Shown: positions 43,511-53,754, counted from the stretch's first letter. The stretch: DNA of 64,000 nucleotides from an uncultured Clostridia bacterium (GCA_947627905.1 CANQXX010000005.1:6925-70924), one strand, 5' to 3'. Program-made: numbers and translations. Notes: generated by a model from the sequence alone, not told the origin.

Positions 43511-44800
43511 TTATCGGTTTATAAGCGCCTTTACGGTAGCGTTTACGTCGGCATAGATCTTTTCCGCGTCAAGGGTAGGGAACTGTCCGTTTTCGTAAAC
43601 TATAACTCCTCCGCTGACGGTCATTAGGACATTGCTCTTATTCCCTGCAAAGACCATATTCTTCACGGTATTATGGAGCGGCTGCATATTGGGAGTATTC
43701 AGGTCAATGACCGTCATATCCGCCTTTTTACCTGCCGCAAGGGTATCACAATCGGTAAGCCCCATTGCAAGTGCGCTGCCTTTTACAGCCATTTCAAGAA
43801 CTGCGTCCGCCGGCATTGCGGAAGCGTCTTTTTCAAGTATCTTTTGCAGTACGGAAGCAAGGTACATCTCCCGGAACATATCAAGGGCGTTGTTGCTTGC
43901 TGCGCCGTCCGTTCCTATGGCGAGCTTCAAACCTTTTTTACGCATTTCGGCAAGGGGAGCAATGCCGCTGGCAAGTTTGCAGTTAGAGCAGGGGTTGGTT
44001 ATTACCCATGCGCCGTTCCTGCGGAAGATCTCCATATCCTCGTCGGTAAAATGAACACAGTGGAATCCTCCGCCGCCGTATTTGAGAAGTCCTGTTTCTT
44101 CCATAAGAGCGGCAGGAGTTTTCCCGTGGCGCCCGATACATTCCCAGACCTCCTTTTCAGTTTCGGAATTATGGGTATAGACCGGCTGCCTGTATTTTTC
44201 CGCAAGCTCCGCGATCCCTTTCATAATAGAAATATGCGTTGTATATTCCGCATGGAAGCCTATTTTGAACGAGACAAGCGGATCTGCGCCGTTGAATTTA
44301 TTATAGTATTCCTCAAGACGGGACAAAGCGGAATCATAGTCGGCTTTGTTATCGCCGCCGCTCACCGACCCACAGATCACCGTGCGCAGACCGGTGTCAA
44401 TGCCGGCTTGGGCGATATATTCCGGGTAAAAATACATATCAAAGCAGGCTGTAGTTCCGCCGGAAAAATATTCAAGCGCCGCCAGCTTTGTAAAAATGTA
44501 TATATCTTCGGGCGTGAGCTTGTCCTCCATGGGGAAAACCTGTTTGAAAAGCCAGTCCTGAAGCGGCATATCGTCGGCATAGGAACGCAGGAACACCATT
44601 GCGGAATGTGTATGGGCATTCTTGAAAGACGGCATGATAAGATTTCCGTTCAGATCTATTTCCCTGTCAAACTTTTCATCAGAAGTATCTTTTTCTTTGC
44701 CCACATAAGTAATGGTATCGCCGTCGGTGTGAACTTCTCCCCACCGGACGGTCATATCTTCCGCGGTCAGGATATTGCCGTTGTAAAATCTTAATTTCAA
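43511..44800 (-). CDS. mtaD: amidohydrolase, 5-methylthioadenosine/S-adenosylhomocysteine deaminase-like
   Basis: 'PSFKNAHTHSAMVFLRSYADDMPLQDWL', 'YTHNSETEKEV' and 'LAIGTDGAASNN'. The TTG start at 44800 lies 7 nt after AGGAGG. The ORF-track ATG at 44899 overlaps the upstream gene. Confidence 0.8.
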   Translation of the reverse strand: MKLRFYNGNILTAEDMTVRWGEVHTDGDTITYVGKEKDTSDEKFDREIDLNGNLIMPSFKNAHTHSAMVFLRSYADDMPLQDWLFKQVFPMEDKLTPEDIYIFTKLAALEYFSGGTTACFDMYFYPEYIAQAGIDTGLRTVICGSVSGGDNKADYDSALSRLEEYYNKFNGADPLVSFKIGFHAEYTTHISIMKGIAELAEKYRQPVYTHNSETEKEVWECIGRHGKTPAALMEETGLLKYGGGGFHCVHFTDEDMEIFRRNGAWVITNPCSNCKLASGIAPLAEMRKKGLKLAIGTDGAASNNALDMFREMYLASVLQKILEKDASAMPADAVLEMAVKGSALAMGLTDCDTLAAGKKADMTVIDLNTPNMQPLHNTVKNMVFAGNKSNVLMTVSGGVIVYENGQFPTLDAEKIYADVNATVKALINR

Positions 44801-44895
44801 GGGATCTCCTCCTATAACGTATCGTTTTTCCCGAACGGCAGGATATTGCCGAACAAGACCCTTTGCCCGGGCGTCCGGACCAAGGGTCTGTTTTG

Positions 44896-45996
44896 TCATT
44901 CAATAGCGGAAGCTATATCCGCAAGATATTCTCTTATCGGAAGATGCTGAGGACAGTGGGCTTCGCACTTTCCGCATTTTATACAGTCGGAAGCCTTACC
45001 GTGTTCCGCCGAAAGCGCGGCATAGTCTGCGGCAGCTTTCTCCGTCTGATTTCTTCCGTATCGTTTCATGTCGTTGAATATTTTGAAATAGTCCGGAATG
45101 GCTATTTTCTTTGGGCAGCCGTCGGTGCAGTAGCGGCAGGCGGTGCATTTTATCGAAATGCTGTTCCTGATGATATCCGCGCATTTTAACACCATTTCCT
45201 TTTCATCGGCGGAAAGCGGTCTGAAATCTTTCATATAGCTGAGGTTATCGTTCATCTGATCCATATTGCTCATGCCGGAAAGGACCATCATTACGTTTTC
45301 ATATGAAGCCGCATACCGCACCGCCCATGAAGCGGGAGACATTTCCGGTTCACGGGCTTTCATCATATCCTCGGCTTCTTCGGGAACGTTGGCAAGCGCG
45401 CCGCCCTTTACCGGTTCCATTACTATGACCGGTTTGCCGTGGCGTGTGGCGACCTCATAGCATTTTCCTGCCTGAACGCCGGGATCTTCAAGATCGAGAT
45501 AATTTATCTGTAACTGAACAAATTCCATTTCGGGGTGATTTGTAAGTATCTTGTCAAGGACTTCCGCCGAATCGTGGAAAGAAAATCCGATATGCTTTAC
45601 CTTTCCCTCGGCTTTTTTGCGGGCGATGAAGTCAAAAGCGCCTATCTGTTCGGAGATGTTGTATGTATCGTTTCCGAGAGCGTGGAGCCAGTAATAATCA
45701 AAATAGTCCACGCCGCAGCGCTTTAGCTGTTCATCGAAAATGGGCTGCATTTCTTCCGTTTTTCTTATGCTGAACATAGGCAGCTTATCGGTGACAGTAT
45801 AGCTTTCGCGGGGATATCTTTTTACCACAGCTTCACGGAAAGCGGCTTCGCTTTTCCCTTTATGATAAGGATAAGCCGTGTCGAAATAAGTACCTCCTGC
45901 GGCGATAAACGCGTCAGCCATTTTTTCGACCTGTTCGATGTCGATATTGTCCTCGTCGAGCATGGGAAGGCGCATAAGACCGAAACCAAGCTTCAT
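44896..45996 (-). CDS. aldo/keto reductase fused to a C-terminal 2x[4Fe-4S] ferredoxin-like domain
   Basis: 'GFGLMRLP', 'YFDTAYPYHKGKSE', 'CTACRYCTDGCP' and 'CIKCGKCEAHCP'. The ATG at 45996 lies 8 nt after AAGGAG. Confidence 0.85.
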   Translation of the reverse strand: MKLGFGLMRLPMLDEDNIDIEQVEKMADAFIAAGGTYFDTAYPYHKGKSEAAFREAVVKRYPRESYTVTDKLPMFSIRKTEEMQPIFDEQLKRCGVDYFDYYWLHALGNDTYNISEQIGAFDFIARKKAEGKVKHIGFSFHDSAEVLDKILTNHPEMEFVQLQINYLDLEDPGVQAGKCYEVATRHGKPVIVMEPVKGGALANVPEEAEDMMKAREPEMSPASWAVRYAASYENVMMVLSGMSNMDQMNDNLSYMKDFRPLSADEKEMVLKCADIIRNSISIKCTACRYCTDGCPKKIAIPDYFKIFNDMKRYGRNQTEKAAADYAALSAEHGKASDCIKCGKCEAHCPQHLPIREYLADIASAIE

Positions 45997-46054
45997 AAAT
46001 ATCACTCTCCTTTATCATATTTTACCATATCCAAGCAGAAATGTAAATAGAGGT

Positions 46055-46987
46055 TTAAACATTTTTCAGCGCTTCAAGTGCCTTTTCAAGAGTTTTTTCA
46101 TTTTCCACATTAAGGGCGGTAACGTCTTTGAGAGTTTTTCTTACCAGTCCGGTAAGCACTTTGTTAGGACCGAGTTCAACAAAGTTTACATATCCTGCGG
46201 ACCGGAGCGCGTTCAGCTCCGAAGTAAATCTTACCGGCGAAACGATATGTTTTGCAAGTTTTTCGGGCATATTGTCAAAGTCGGTCAGTTCTCCTCCGGT
46301 AAGGTTGGAATAGAAAGATACCGTCGGTTTGCGGAATGTTATGTTCATGCTTTTTACGGCGGCTTCAAATTCTTCTGCGGCAGGCTGCATCAGCTTTGAA
46401 TGGAAAGCCGAGCTTACTCCGAGCTTTACGGCTTTTGCACCCATTCCGGCAAATTCCGCAGCTGCTTTTCCGGCAGCCTCGGCTTCTCCGGCAATGACCG
46501 TCTGTACGGAAGAATTATAATTTACCGGAACTACATATCCGTCGATGCCGGCGCATACCTGTTCGATCTCCTCTGCGGACTTTCCGATAATTGCGTACAT
46601 AGCGCCGTCGGAAGCCTCTGCGGCTTTCTGCATGGCTTCCGCTCTTGCCTTGATGACCTTAAATCCGTCCTCGAAAGAAAGTATGCCGGAAGCTACCATA
46701 GCCGCATATTCGCCGAGGGAGTGTCCTGCCGCAGCGGAAAATTCTATCCCGTTTATTTTCATGGCTTCAAAAGCCGTCAGGGACGCTGCCATTATCGCAG
46801 GCTGGGAATAGATCGTCCTTGCAAGTTCTTCCTCGGAAGAATTGTTTATCTTTTCCGCAATGTCAAAGCCGACGATCTCGCTTGCGCGGGCAAATACATC
46901 TATCTGCGGGTATTTTTCACAAAGCTCCTTTCCCATTCCTATGTACTGAGAGCCTTGTCCGGAGAATAAAAATACAGTTTTTGACAT
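46055..46987 (-). CDS. fabD: malonyl-CoA:ACP transacylase
   Basis: 'FLFSGQGSQYIGMG', 'GHSLGEY' and 'SSAFHSKLM'. Confidence 0.95.
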   Translation of the reverse strand: MSKTVFLFSGQGSQYIGMGKELCEKYPQIDVFARASEIVGFDIAEKINNSSEEELARTIYSQPAIMAASLTAFEAMKINGIEFSAAAGHSLGEYAAMVASGILSFEDGFKVIKARAEAMQKAAEASDGAMYAIIGKSAEEIEQVCAGIDGYVVPVNYNSSVQTVIAGEAEAAGKAAAEFAGMGAKAVKLGVSSAFHSKLMQPAAEEFEAAVKSMNITFRKPTVSFYSNLTGGELTDFDNMPEKLAKHIVSPVRFTSELNALRSAGYVNFVELGPNKVLTGLVRKTLKDVTALNVENEKTLEKALEALKNV

Positions 46988-47046
46988 ATTATCTTTTCCC
47001 TTTCAAAAATATTTTTGCCGCAGGCAAATTTTATTTTCCGAAATCG

Positions 47047-47075
47047 TTGACAACGGGGACGAAAAATATTACAAT
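47047..47075 (+). promoter_or_regulatory. sigma-A-type promoter of the fab/acc operon
   Basis: -35 TTGACA (47047-47052), 17-nt spacer, -10 TACAAT (47070-47075). Confidence 0.65.
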
Positions 47076-47194
47076 ATTAATATATGCTTATTGTTTGCGG
47101 CACTGCCAAGGACTATATAATTAATATACCATATATATTGTAAAATTTCAATAGGGTATATTCTATAAGAACGTTATCTGTCGGAATAAAGAAA

Positions 47195-48205
47195 ATGGAG
47201 GGTACCGATTTGTGCGGAATTGAAATTTTAGGAACAGGAGCTTATACGCCTGTCCTTCGCGTTACCAACGACGACCTTGCAAAGGTGGTGGATACCAACG
47301 ATGAATGGATATCTACCCGTACCGGCATAAAGGCAAGACATATAACCAACGGCGAACCAACATGGAGAATGGGCGCGGAGGCCTCCCGGCAAGCGCTTGA
47401 AAATGCCGGCATAGACGGTTCCGAGATAGGTCTTATCATTGCAACGACTATCACAAGCGACTTTTCCACGCCGTCTGTAGCCTGCGTTATACAGGACGCC
47501 ATAGGAGCCACGGACGCGGCTGCTTATGACCTTAACGCCGCCTGCTCCGGATTTGTTTACGGTATAGACGCCGCAAAGAGATATCTTCAGACTGACAGCG
47601 ATCTGAAATATGTGCTTGTAGTCGCTGCAGAAAGGCTTTCAAAAATAACCGATTATACGGATCGTTCGTCATGTATACTTTTCGGGGACGGAGCTGCGGC
47701 TGCCGTTGTTGCCCGTTCCGACAAGATGTTCACAAGCTATATAGGCGCGGACGGACGGGGTGCAAAGTTCCTCTATTCAAAGGTGCACAAGGTGCTCCAC
47801 CCGTTCAGGACCACAGACGCCGACGAAATAGAGACCGGCGATTTTGCGGCGGGAAAATATTTTCTTTATCAGGACGGCAAGGAAGTTTACAAGTTTGCCA
47901 CCAAGGCTCTGCCTGCAGCTGCAAAAAAAGCCGCAGACAAGATAGGGCTTGATATTGCGGATATCGACTGGTTCGTTCCGCATCAGGCGAATATAAGGAT
48001 AATCGAGACGGCTGCAAAAAATCTCGGCGTAAAAATGGATAAATTCATAGTGAACATCGCCGAGCACGGCAATACTTCAAGCGCGTCGATACCTACAGCT
48101 CTGCATGAAGCAATAACGGACGGAACGATAAAGCGCGGAGACAAGCTCTGCCTTGTGGGTTTCGGAGCAGGACTTACCATGGGCGCTGTCATCATAGAAT
48201 ATTAA
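47195..48205 (+). CDS. fabH: 3-oxoacyl-ACP synthase III
   Basis: 'ILGTGAYTP', 'NAACSGFVYG', 'HQANIRI' and 'GNTSSASIP'. The in-frame TTG at 47210 lies 7 nt after the GGAGGG at 47197-47202 and may be the true start. Confidence 0.93.
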   Translation: MEGTDLCGIEILGTGAYTPVLRVTNDDLAKVVDTNDEWISTRTGIKARHITNGEPTWRMGAEASRQALENAGIDGSEIGLIIATTITSDFSTPSVACVIQDAIGATDAAAYDLNAACSGFVYGIDAAKRYLQTDSDLKYVLVVAAERLSKITDYTDRSSCILFGDGAAAAVVARSDKMFTSYIGADGRGAKFLYSKVHKVLHPFRTTDADEIETGDFAAGKYFLYQDGKEVYKFATKALPAAAKKAADKIGLDIADIDWFVPHQANIRIIETAAKNLGVKMDKFIVNIAEHGNTSSASIPTALHEAITDGTIKRGDKLCLVGFGAGLTMGAVIIEY

Positions 48206-48239
48206 AAGCGCGAAGATCTGACGGAGGGAGGCGGCTTTA

Positions 48240-48635
48240 TTGATCGCAGGATATTATGACAATGGCATTTATGATATTGCCGAGCTTTATATTGTAAAAG
48301 CCGCGCTTGACCTTTGGCAGAAAAGCGTTGTGCTGCTGCTGATACAAAGTGTGCTGCTGACATTTTCGGATTGGGACAAAAACAGCGGGTTCTTTGTTAT
48401 CCTTGCAGCGATAGGAGTATACTCCGTGTATGGGAGCATATCGGTAAGGATAAGCCTCCGGCGGCTGGAAACGGCGGTAAAAAAGCTTTCCGAAACAAAA
48501 TGCAGGCAGTTTATCCGGTCAATTGATATAAGGCGCGATATACTGCTTATCGGAAGAGAGATATTCATTCCGGAAAAAGAATGTGATACGGTACATACTG
48601 AAAGGCTCCCCTTAAAACTTTGTTCAGTATTCTAA
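48240..48635 (+). CDS. hypothetical small membrane protein (131 aa) between fabH and fabG
   Basis: TTG start lies 8 nt after GGAGGGAGG (48223-48231). There are two hydrophobic segments ('VVLLLIQSVLLTF', 'GFFVILAAIGVYSVYGSISV'). I recognised no family. Confidence 0.45.
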   Translation: MIAGYYDNGIYDIAELYIVKAALDLWQKSVVLLLIQSVLLTFSDWDKNSGFFVILAAIGVYSVYGSISVRISLRRLETAVKKLSETKCRQFIRSIDIRRDILLIGREIFIPEKECDTVHTERLPLKLCSVF

Positions 48636-48658
48636 TTTTGCCGAAAGGATTGAAAAAT

Positions 48659-49396
48659 ATGGCTAAAACAGCGATCATAACAGGTTCATCGAGAGGAATA
48701 GGCGCAGCGATAGCTCTCCGCCTCGCAAAGGACGGCTGCAATATCGCTCTTAACGATCTTAACGAAAGTATGTTTGAAAACAACACCATTGCGGACGATA
48801 TCCGCGCGCTTGGTGTTGAGGCTGAAATATTCTGCGCAGACGTTTCAAGATACGATCAGTGCGAAGCTATGGTAAAGGCTGTAAAGGAACGCTTCGGAAC
48901 TATCGACATTCTTATAAACAACGCCGGCATAACAAGGGACGGTCTTATGGCAAGAATGCCGGAGGAACAGTATGATATGGTCATCTCCGTCAACCAGAAG
49001 AGCGTTTTCAATATGATGAAGCTGGCAGGAAACGTCATGATAAGGCAGAAGCAGGGACGTATCGTCAATCTTGCCTCTGTGGCAGGACTGTACGGCAATC
49101 CCGGACAGATAAACTATTCCGCGTCAAAGGCAGCTATAATAGGAATGACAAAAACTGCAGCAAAGGAGCTGGGCTCGCGCAATATCAACGTAAACGCCGT
49201 TGCTCCGGGATTTATAAAAACACCTATGACCGACAAGCTCACCGACGAGCAGAAAGCAAAAATGCTTGAAGCTATCGCCATGAAGCGCTACGGCACAGTG
49301 GACGAGATAGCCGGAGTGGTATCTTTCCTGTGTTCGGAGGATTCCTCCTACGTTACGGGACAGACCATTGAGATCTCCGGCGGTCTGTCTATGTAA
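48659..49396 (+). CDS. fabG: 3-oxoacyl-ACP reductase
   Basis: 'AIITGSSRGIG', 'NNAGI' and 'YSASKAA' (an SDR with the YxxxK motif). Confidence 0.93.
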   Translation: MAKTAIITGSSRGIGAAIALRLAKDGCNIALNDLNESMFENNTIADDIRALGVEAEIFCADVSRYDQCEAMVKAVKERFGTIDILINNAGITRDGLMARMPEEQYDMVISVNQKSVFNMMKLAGNVMIRQKQGRIVNLASVAGLYGNPGQINYSASKAAIIGMTKTAAKELGSRNINVNAVAPGFIKTPMTDKLTDEQKAKMLEAIAMKRYGTVDEIAGVVSFLCSEDSSYVTGQTIEISGGLSM

Positions 49397-49427
49397 GGAT
49401 CAAGTTTGTTCTGAAAGGATATTATAT

Positions 49428-50666
49428 ATGAAAAGAGTAGTAATTACCGGAATGGGCGTTGTCTCACCGGTCGGAAATACCATTGACGGATTATGGAACA
49501 GTCTTAAAGCCGGAAAGCACGGTTTTGATTATATCTCCGATATTACAGGCGACGATTTTGATATAAAGATCGCCGCACGGGTAAAGGACTTTTCCTGTGA
49601 AAAATATATCGACAAAAAAGAAGCAAGAAGAATGGACAGATTTACTCAGTTTTCGGTAACGGCGGCTATGGACGCTCTTGCCGACAGCGGTACGGATTTC
49701 AAGGACGTTGATCCTTTCCGCGCAGGAGTGATCTTCGGAGTAGGCATAGGCGGTCTTAATCTTACGCTTCAGGAGCATGAAAAATTCCTTGAAAAAGGTC
49801 CTGACAGGATATCGGTATTCTATGTTCCCATGATGATAGGGAATATGGCTGCCGGAACTATCGCAATGCGGACCGGTTTCAAGGGCGATAACTACTGCAC
49901 TACAACGGCTTGCTCCTCGGCGGCGCACGCTATAGGAGAAGCATTCCGCAAGATAAAGGACGGATACCTTGATGTATGCATTGCAGGCGGCGCAGAATCC
50001 TGCGTTGGCAAATTCGCGCTGGCAGGGTTCAATAACATGAAAGCGCTTACCCGTTCCGACGATCTTGAAAGATGTTCTATACCCTTTGATGCGGAAAGAA
50101 ACGGTTTTGTACTGGGCGAGGGCTGCGGCGCGCTTATTCTTGAAGAGCTTGAACACGCAAAAGCCCGCGGCGCGAAAATTTACGCCGAGATCGCCGGTTA
50201 CGGTGCAACAGGCGACGCTTACCACATGACAAGCCCGTCTCCGGAGGGAGACGCTGCTGCAAGAGGCATGATAAACGCTTATACGGAAGCCGGTCTTAAA
50301 GCCGAAGATATCGACTATATCAACGCTCACGGTACTTCCACCGGACTTAACGACAAGTACGAAACAAAGGCGATAAAGAAAGCTCTCGGCGAGGAAAAGG
50401 CTCATAAGGTAGCGATAAATTCCACAAAGTCCATGACGGGACACCTTCTCGGCGCGGCAGGCGCGGTGGAAGCTATCGTAACGGCGCTTTCGGTAAAGAA
50501 CGATTACGTTCATGTGACAAGAGGATATAAAGTTCCCGATCCGGAATGTGACCTTGACTACTGCACGGAGGGCGGACGCGAAATGACGGTGAACGCCGCG
50601 CTTTCCAACAGCCTTGGCTTCGGCGGACACAACGCTACGCTTTGCATAGTAAAATACAAAGATTAA
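49428..50666 (+). CDS. fabF: 3-oxoacyl-ACP synthase II
   Basis: 'MKRVVITGMGVVSPVGN', 'TTACSSAAHAIGEA', 'INAHGTSTGLND' and 'GFGGHNATL'. Confidence 0.95.
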   Translation: MKRVVITGMGVVSPVGNTIDGLWNSLKAGKHGFDYISDITGDDFDIKIAARVKDFSCEKYIDKKEARRMDRFTQFSVTAAMDALADSGTDFKDVDPFRAGVIFGVGIGGLNLTLQEHEKFLEKGPDRISVFYVPMMIGNMAAGTIAMRTGFKGDNYCTTTACSSAAHAIGEAFRKIKDGYLDVCIAGGAESCVGKFALAGFNNMKALTRSDDLERCSIPFDAERNGFVLGEGCGALILEELEHAKARGAKIYAEIAGYGATGDAYHMTSPSPEGDAAARGMINAYTEAGLKAEDIDYINAHGTSTGLNDKYETKAIKKALGEEKAHKVAINSTKSMTGHLLGAAGAVEAIVTALSVKNDYVHVTRGYKVPDPECDLDYCTEGGREMTVNAALSNSLGFGGHNATLCIVKYKD

Positions 50667-50678
50667 GGAGAAAGTGAT

Positions 50679-51131
50679 ATGAGCGGAAAGATTTTCAATA
50701 CAGACCTTGACACGGTCTCAAAACTGGCGGATATCGTGAATGAAAAGGATCTGGGTGAAATAACCATTGCCTGCGGCGATAATATGATAACCATAAAAGG
50801 AAAGAAATGTCCTCCTCCGCCTCCTATGGGCGGAATTGCTCCTGCTGCGGCAAATATCCCTGCTGCACAGCCTGAAGCAAAGCCTGCCGTCACTGAGGGC
50901 AACGTTGTAAAAGCTCCAATAGTGGGAACTTTCTATGCGGCGTCAGCGCCGGACAAGCCGCCGTTCGTCACGGTCGGAAAGCAGGTAAAAAAAGGCGACG
51001 TACTTATGATAATCGAGTCAATGAAGCTGATGAACGAAGTTCAGAGCGATTTTGACGGTGTTGTTTCGGAAATTCTCGTAAAGAACGGCGAAGCCGTGGA
51101 ATACGATCAGCCGATAATGATAATCAAGTAA
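50679..51131 (+). CDS. accB: acetyl-CoA carboxylase biotin carboxyl carrier protein
   Basis: An Ala/Pro linker followed by the biotinylation motif 'IESMKLMNEV'. Confidence 0.93.
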   Translation: MSGKIFNTDLDTVSKLADIVNEKDLGEITIACGDNMITIKGKKCPPPPPMGGIAPAAANIPAAQPEAKPAVTEGNVVKAPIVGTFYAASAPDKPPFVTVGKQVKKGDVLMIIESMKLMNEVQSDFDGVVSEILVKNGEAVEYDQPIMIIK

Positions 51132-51144
51132 GGAGGGACGTTTC

Positions 51145-51573
51145 ATGGCTGCAATGGACAAGGAGCAGATCAAGGAAGTGATTCCCCACCGCGATCCGTT
51201 CCTGCTGATAGATTCCGTTGAAGAAATGGAAGCAGGGAAACGCGTTGTGGCAACAAAATATATGTCTCCGGACGAGTTCTGGTTCAAGGGACATTTCCCC
51301 GACTACCCGGTAGTTCCGGGAGTGCTCATGCTTGAAATGTGCGCGCAGGCAGGCGCTGTGGCAATGCTTGCGCTGCCCGAAAACAAAGGGAAGATAGGCT
51401 TTTTCGGTGGAGTAAAGGAAGCAAAGTTCCGCCGTCAGGTAGTTCCGGGAGATACTCTGCGCATCGAAGTGGAGATAATCAAGGTAAAAGGTCCTGTGGG
51501 AGTGGGAAAAGCCGTTGCAACGGTAAACGGCGAAAAAGCCGTTTCTGCGGAAATTTCCTTTGCGATAAAATAA
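51145..51573 (+). CDS. fabZ: 3-hydroxyacyl-ACP dehydratase
   Basis: 'IPHRDPFLLID' and 'FKGHFPDYPVVPGVLMLE'. Confidence 0.95.
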   Translation: MAAMDKEQIKEVIPHRDPFLLIDSVEEMEAGKRVVATKYMSPDEFWFKGHFPDYPVVPGVLMLEMCAQAGAVAMLALPENKGKIGFFGGVKEAKFRRQVVPGDTLRIEVEIIKVKGPVGVGKAVATVNGEKAVSAEISFAIK

Positions 51574-51593
51574 TTACCGAAAGGTGAATTATC

Positions 51594-52931
51594 ATGTTTA
51601 AAAAAGTTCTTATTGCCAACCGCGGTGAAATTGCCGTAAGAGTTATAAGAGCGTGCCGTGAGCTCGGACTGAAAACCGTAGCGGTGTTTTCTACTGCCGA
51701 CAGGAACGCTCTTCACGCAAAGATAGCCGATGAAGCGGTCTGCATAGGCGGTCCTGCCACAAAAGACAGCTATCTTAACGAACAGGCTATGATAGCGGCT
51801 TGTGAGATAACAGGCGCGGACGCCGTTCACCCCGGTTTCGGATTTCTTTCGGAAAATGCGTCTTTTGCCCGCAACTGCGGCAAATGCGGGATAACATTCA
51901 TAGGTCCTTCTCCGGAATCAATAGAAATGCTGGGAGATAAAGCCGCGGCAAAATCCGCCATGAAAAAAGCCGGCGTTCCCGTAATACCGGGAAGCGACGG
52001 CGAGGTAAAGTCCATAGAAGAAGCTCAGGATATTGCCGATGAGATAGGCTATCCGCTTATGGTAAAGGCTTCGGCAGGCGGCGGAGGACGCGGCATACGC
52101 CTTGTAAATTCTCCCGATGAGCTTGAAGCCCAGATAACTGCGGCAAAACAGGAGGCTCTGAATTTCTTCGGCGACGACAGCATCTACATGGAAAAATTTA
52201 TTATTAATCCTAAACATATTGAGTTCCAGATACTTGCCGACAAACACGGCAACGTCATACATCTCGGAGAGCGCGACTGCTCCATGCAGAGGCGCAATCA
52301 GAAGGTGCTTGAGGAAAGCCCCTCCACCATAATGACGCCCATGCTCCGCGAAAGAATGGGCAAGGCTGCCGTTGCGGCGGCAAAGGTATGCGGTTATTAC
52401 AACGCCGGAACTATAGAGTTCCTTGTGGACGATAAGCAGAATTTTTATTTTATGGAAATGAATACCCGTATTCAGGTGGAACACCCGATAACGGAATTTG
52501 TTACAGGGGTCGATCTTGTAAAGGCGCAGCTTAAAATTGCAGCAGGAAAGGAGCTGCCCTATTCGCAGGAGGATATCCGCATAAAGGGACATTCCATAGA
52601 ATGCCGCATAAACGCGGAAAATCCCGAAAAGAATTTCCGCCCAAGCCCCGGACGGATAAGCGCACTGCACATTCCCGGAGGTCCGGGCATACGCGTGGAC
52701 AGCTCCGCATATCAGGGCTATACTATCACGCCTTATTATGACAGCATGATAGCAAAACTGATAGTTTATGCTCCTACCCGTGAGGAAGCTATTGCAAAAA
52801 TGAAATGGGCTCTGGCGGAATTTATCGTTGAGGGCGTAGATACAAATATAGATTTTCAGCTTTCGCTCATACGCGATCCGGTTTTTGAATCCGGAAAGTA
52901 CGATATAGGTTATCTTGGAAGAAAGAGCTGA
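51594..52931 (+). CDS. accC: acetyl-CoA carboxylase biotin carboxylase
   Basis: 'KVLIANRGEIAVRVIRA', 'GGGGRGIR' and 'EMNTRIQVEHPITE'. Confidence 0.95.
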   Translation: MFKKVLIANRGEIAVRVIRACRELGLKTVAVFSTADRNALHAKIADEAVCIGGPATKDSYLNEQAMIAACEITGADAVHPGFGFLSENASFARNCGKCGITFIGPSPESIEMLGDKAAAKSAMKKAGVPVIPGSDGEVKSIEEAQDIADEIGYPLMVKASAGGGGRGIRLVNSPDELEAQITAAKQEALNFFGDDSIYMEKFIINPKHIEFQILADKHGNVIHLGERDCSMQRRNQKVLEESPSTIMTPMLRERMGKAAVAAAKVCGYYNAGTIEFLVDDKQNFYFMEMNTRIQVEHPITEFVTGVDLVKAQLKIAAGKELPYSQEDIRIKGHSIECRINAENPEKNFRPSPGRISALHIPGGPGIRVDSSAYQGYTITPYYDSMIAKLIVYAPTREEAIAKMKWALAEFIVEGVDTNIDFQLSLIRDPVFESGKYDIGYLGRKS

Positions 52932-53000
52932 GAAAAGAACACTAACGGTTTATGTCAGCATCTCAGTTCTCAGCTTTAATTAAAGGGGTGTTGATAGATC

Positions 53001-53690
53001 ATGGCTGAAAGATGTCCATTGTGTCAGGGAAAACTACAGAACGGCGAATGTGTTTCATGCGGCTACAGGATACCCGACGAGGACGATATCAGCGCACTTT
53101 ATAACTACGATCCCTCCGATTACCCGCAGCCGGAAGAAGAACATATCCGCGAGATAATTCCCGATGTTCAGATGGAGGAAATTTATCCTGACCGTCCCGA
53201 TCCCATTGATATAAAAGTACGCAACGATCAGGGAAAAACTATCGGACAGAACGGAAATTTCTCCTATGGACAGCAGGGACAGTACGGTCAGCCCTTGAAC
53301 GGTCAGGGCAGTCCATATTATCAGGGCGGAAATTCCCGTTATCAACAGCAGGGACAGTATGGTCAGCAAGGGCAGGGTACTCCCTATTACAGAACGGGGA
53401 ACACGTTCAGACAGTACGGTCAGGCGGGACAGTACGGACGGAATACCGGTCAGGGCGGATATTACAGCGGCGGACAGCAGTCCGGGAACAATTCATCAAA
53501 CTTTTTTACCGACGCCGGCGAATTTTGTTCAAAATATTTTTGGCTGATAATATGTACGATAGCGATCCCGTTTTTTGGTTTTTTAATATGCCTGTCTTTT
53601 TTAAAGCTAAACACAACAGAGCAGAAGTATAAAAAGTTTTTAATGATCCTGTTGGCAATAAGTATTATTTGGATGCTCATACGTTTTTGA
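53001..53690 (+). CDS. hypothetical zinc-ribbon / Gln-Gly-Tyr-rich / membrane-anchored protein (229 aa)
   Basis: 'CPLCQGKLQNGECVSCGY' is a CxxC-x8-CxxC motif. A low-complexity stretch of about 90 aa follows ('QQGQYGQPLNGQGSPYYQGGNSRYQQQGQYGQQGQG'). The C-terminus has two transmembrane segments. Confidence 0.55.
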   Translation: MAERCPLCQGKLQNGECVSCGYRIPDEDDISALYNYDPSDYPQPEEEHIREIIPDVQMEEIYPDRPDPIDIKVRNDQGKTIGQNGNFSYGQQGQYGQPLNGQGSPYYQGGNSRYQQQGQYGQQGQGTPYYRTGNTFRQYGQAGQYGRNTGQGGYYSGGQQSGNNSSNFFTDAGEFCSKYFWLIICTIAIPFFGFLICLSFLKLNTTEQKYKKFLMILLAISIIWMLIRF

Positions 53691-53754
53691 AAACAGTAAA
53701 TTTCTCTTGGCAGACCTGCGCGGCGGTGTTTGCTATGATAAGGAGTGAAGATAT

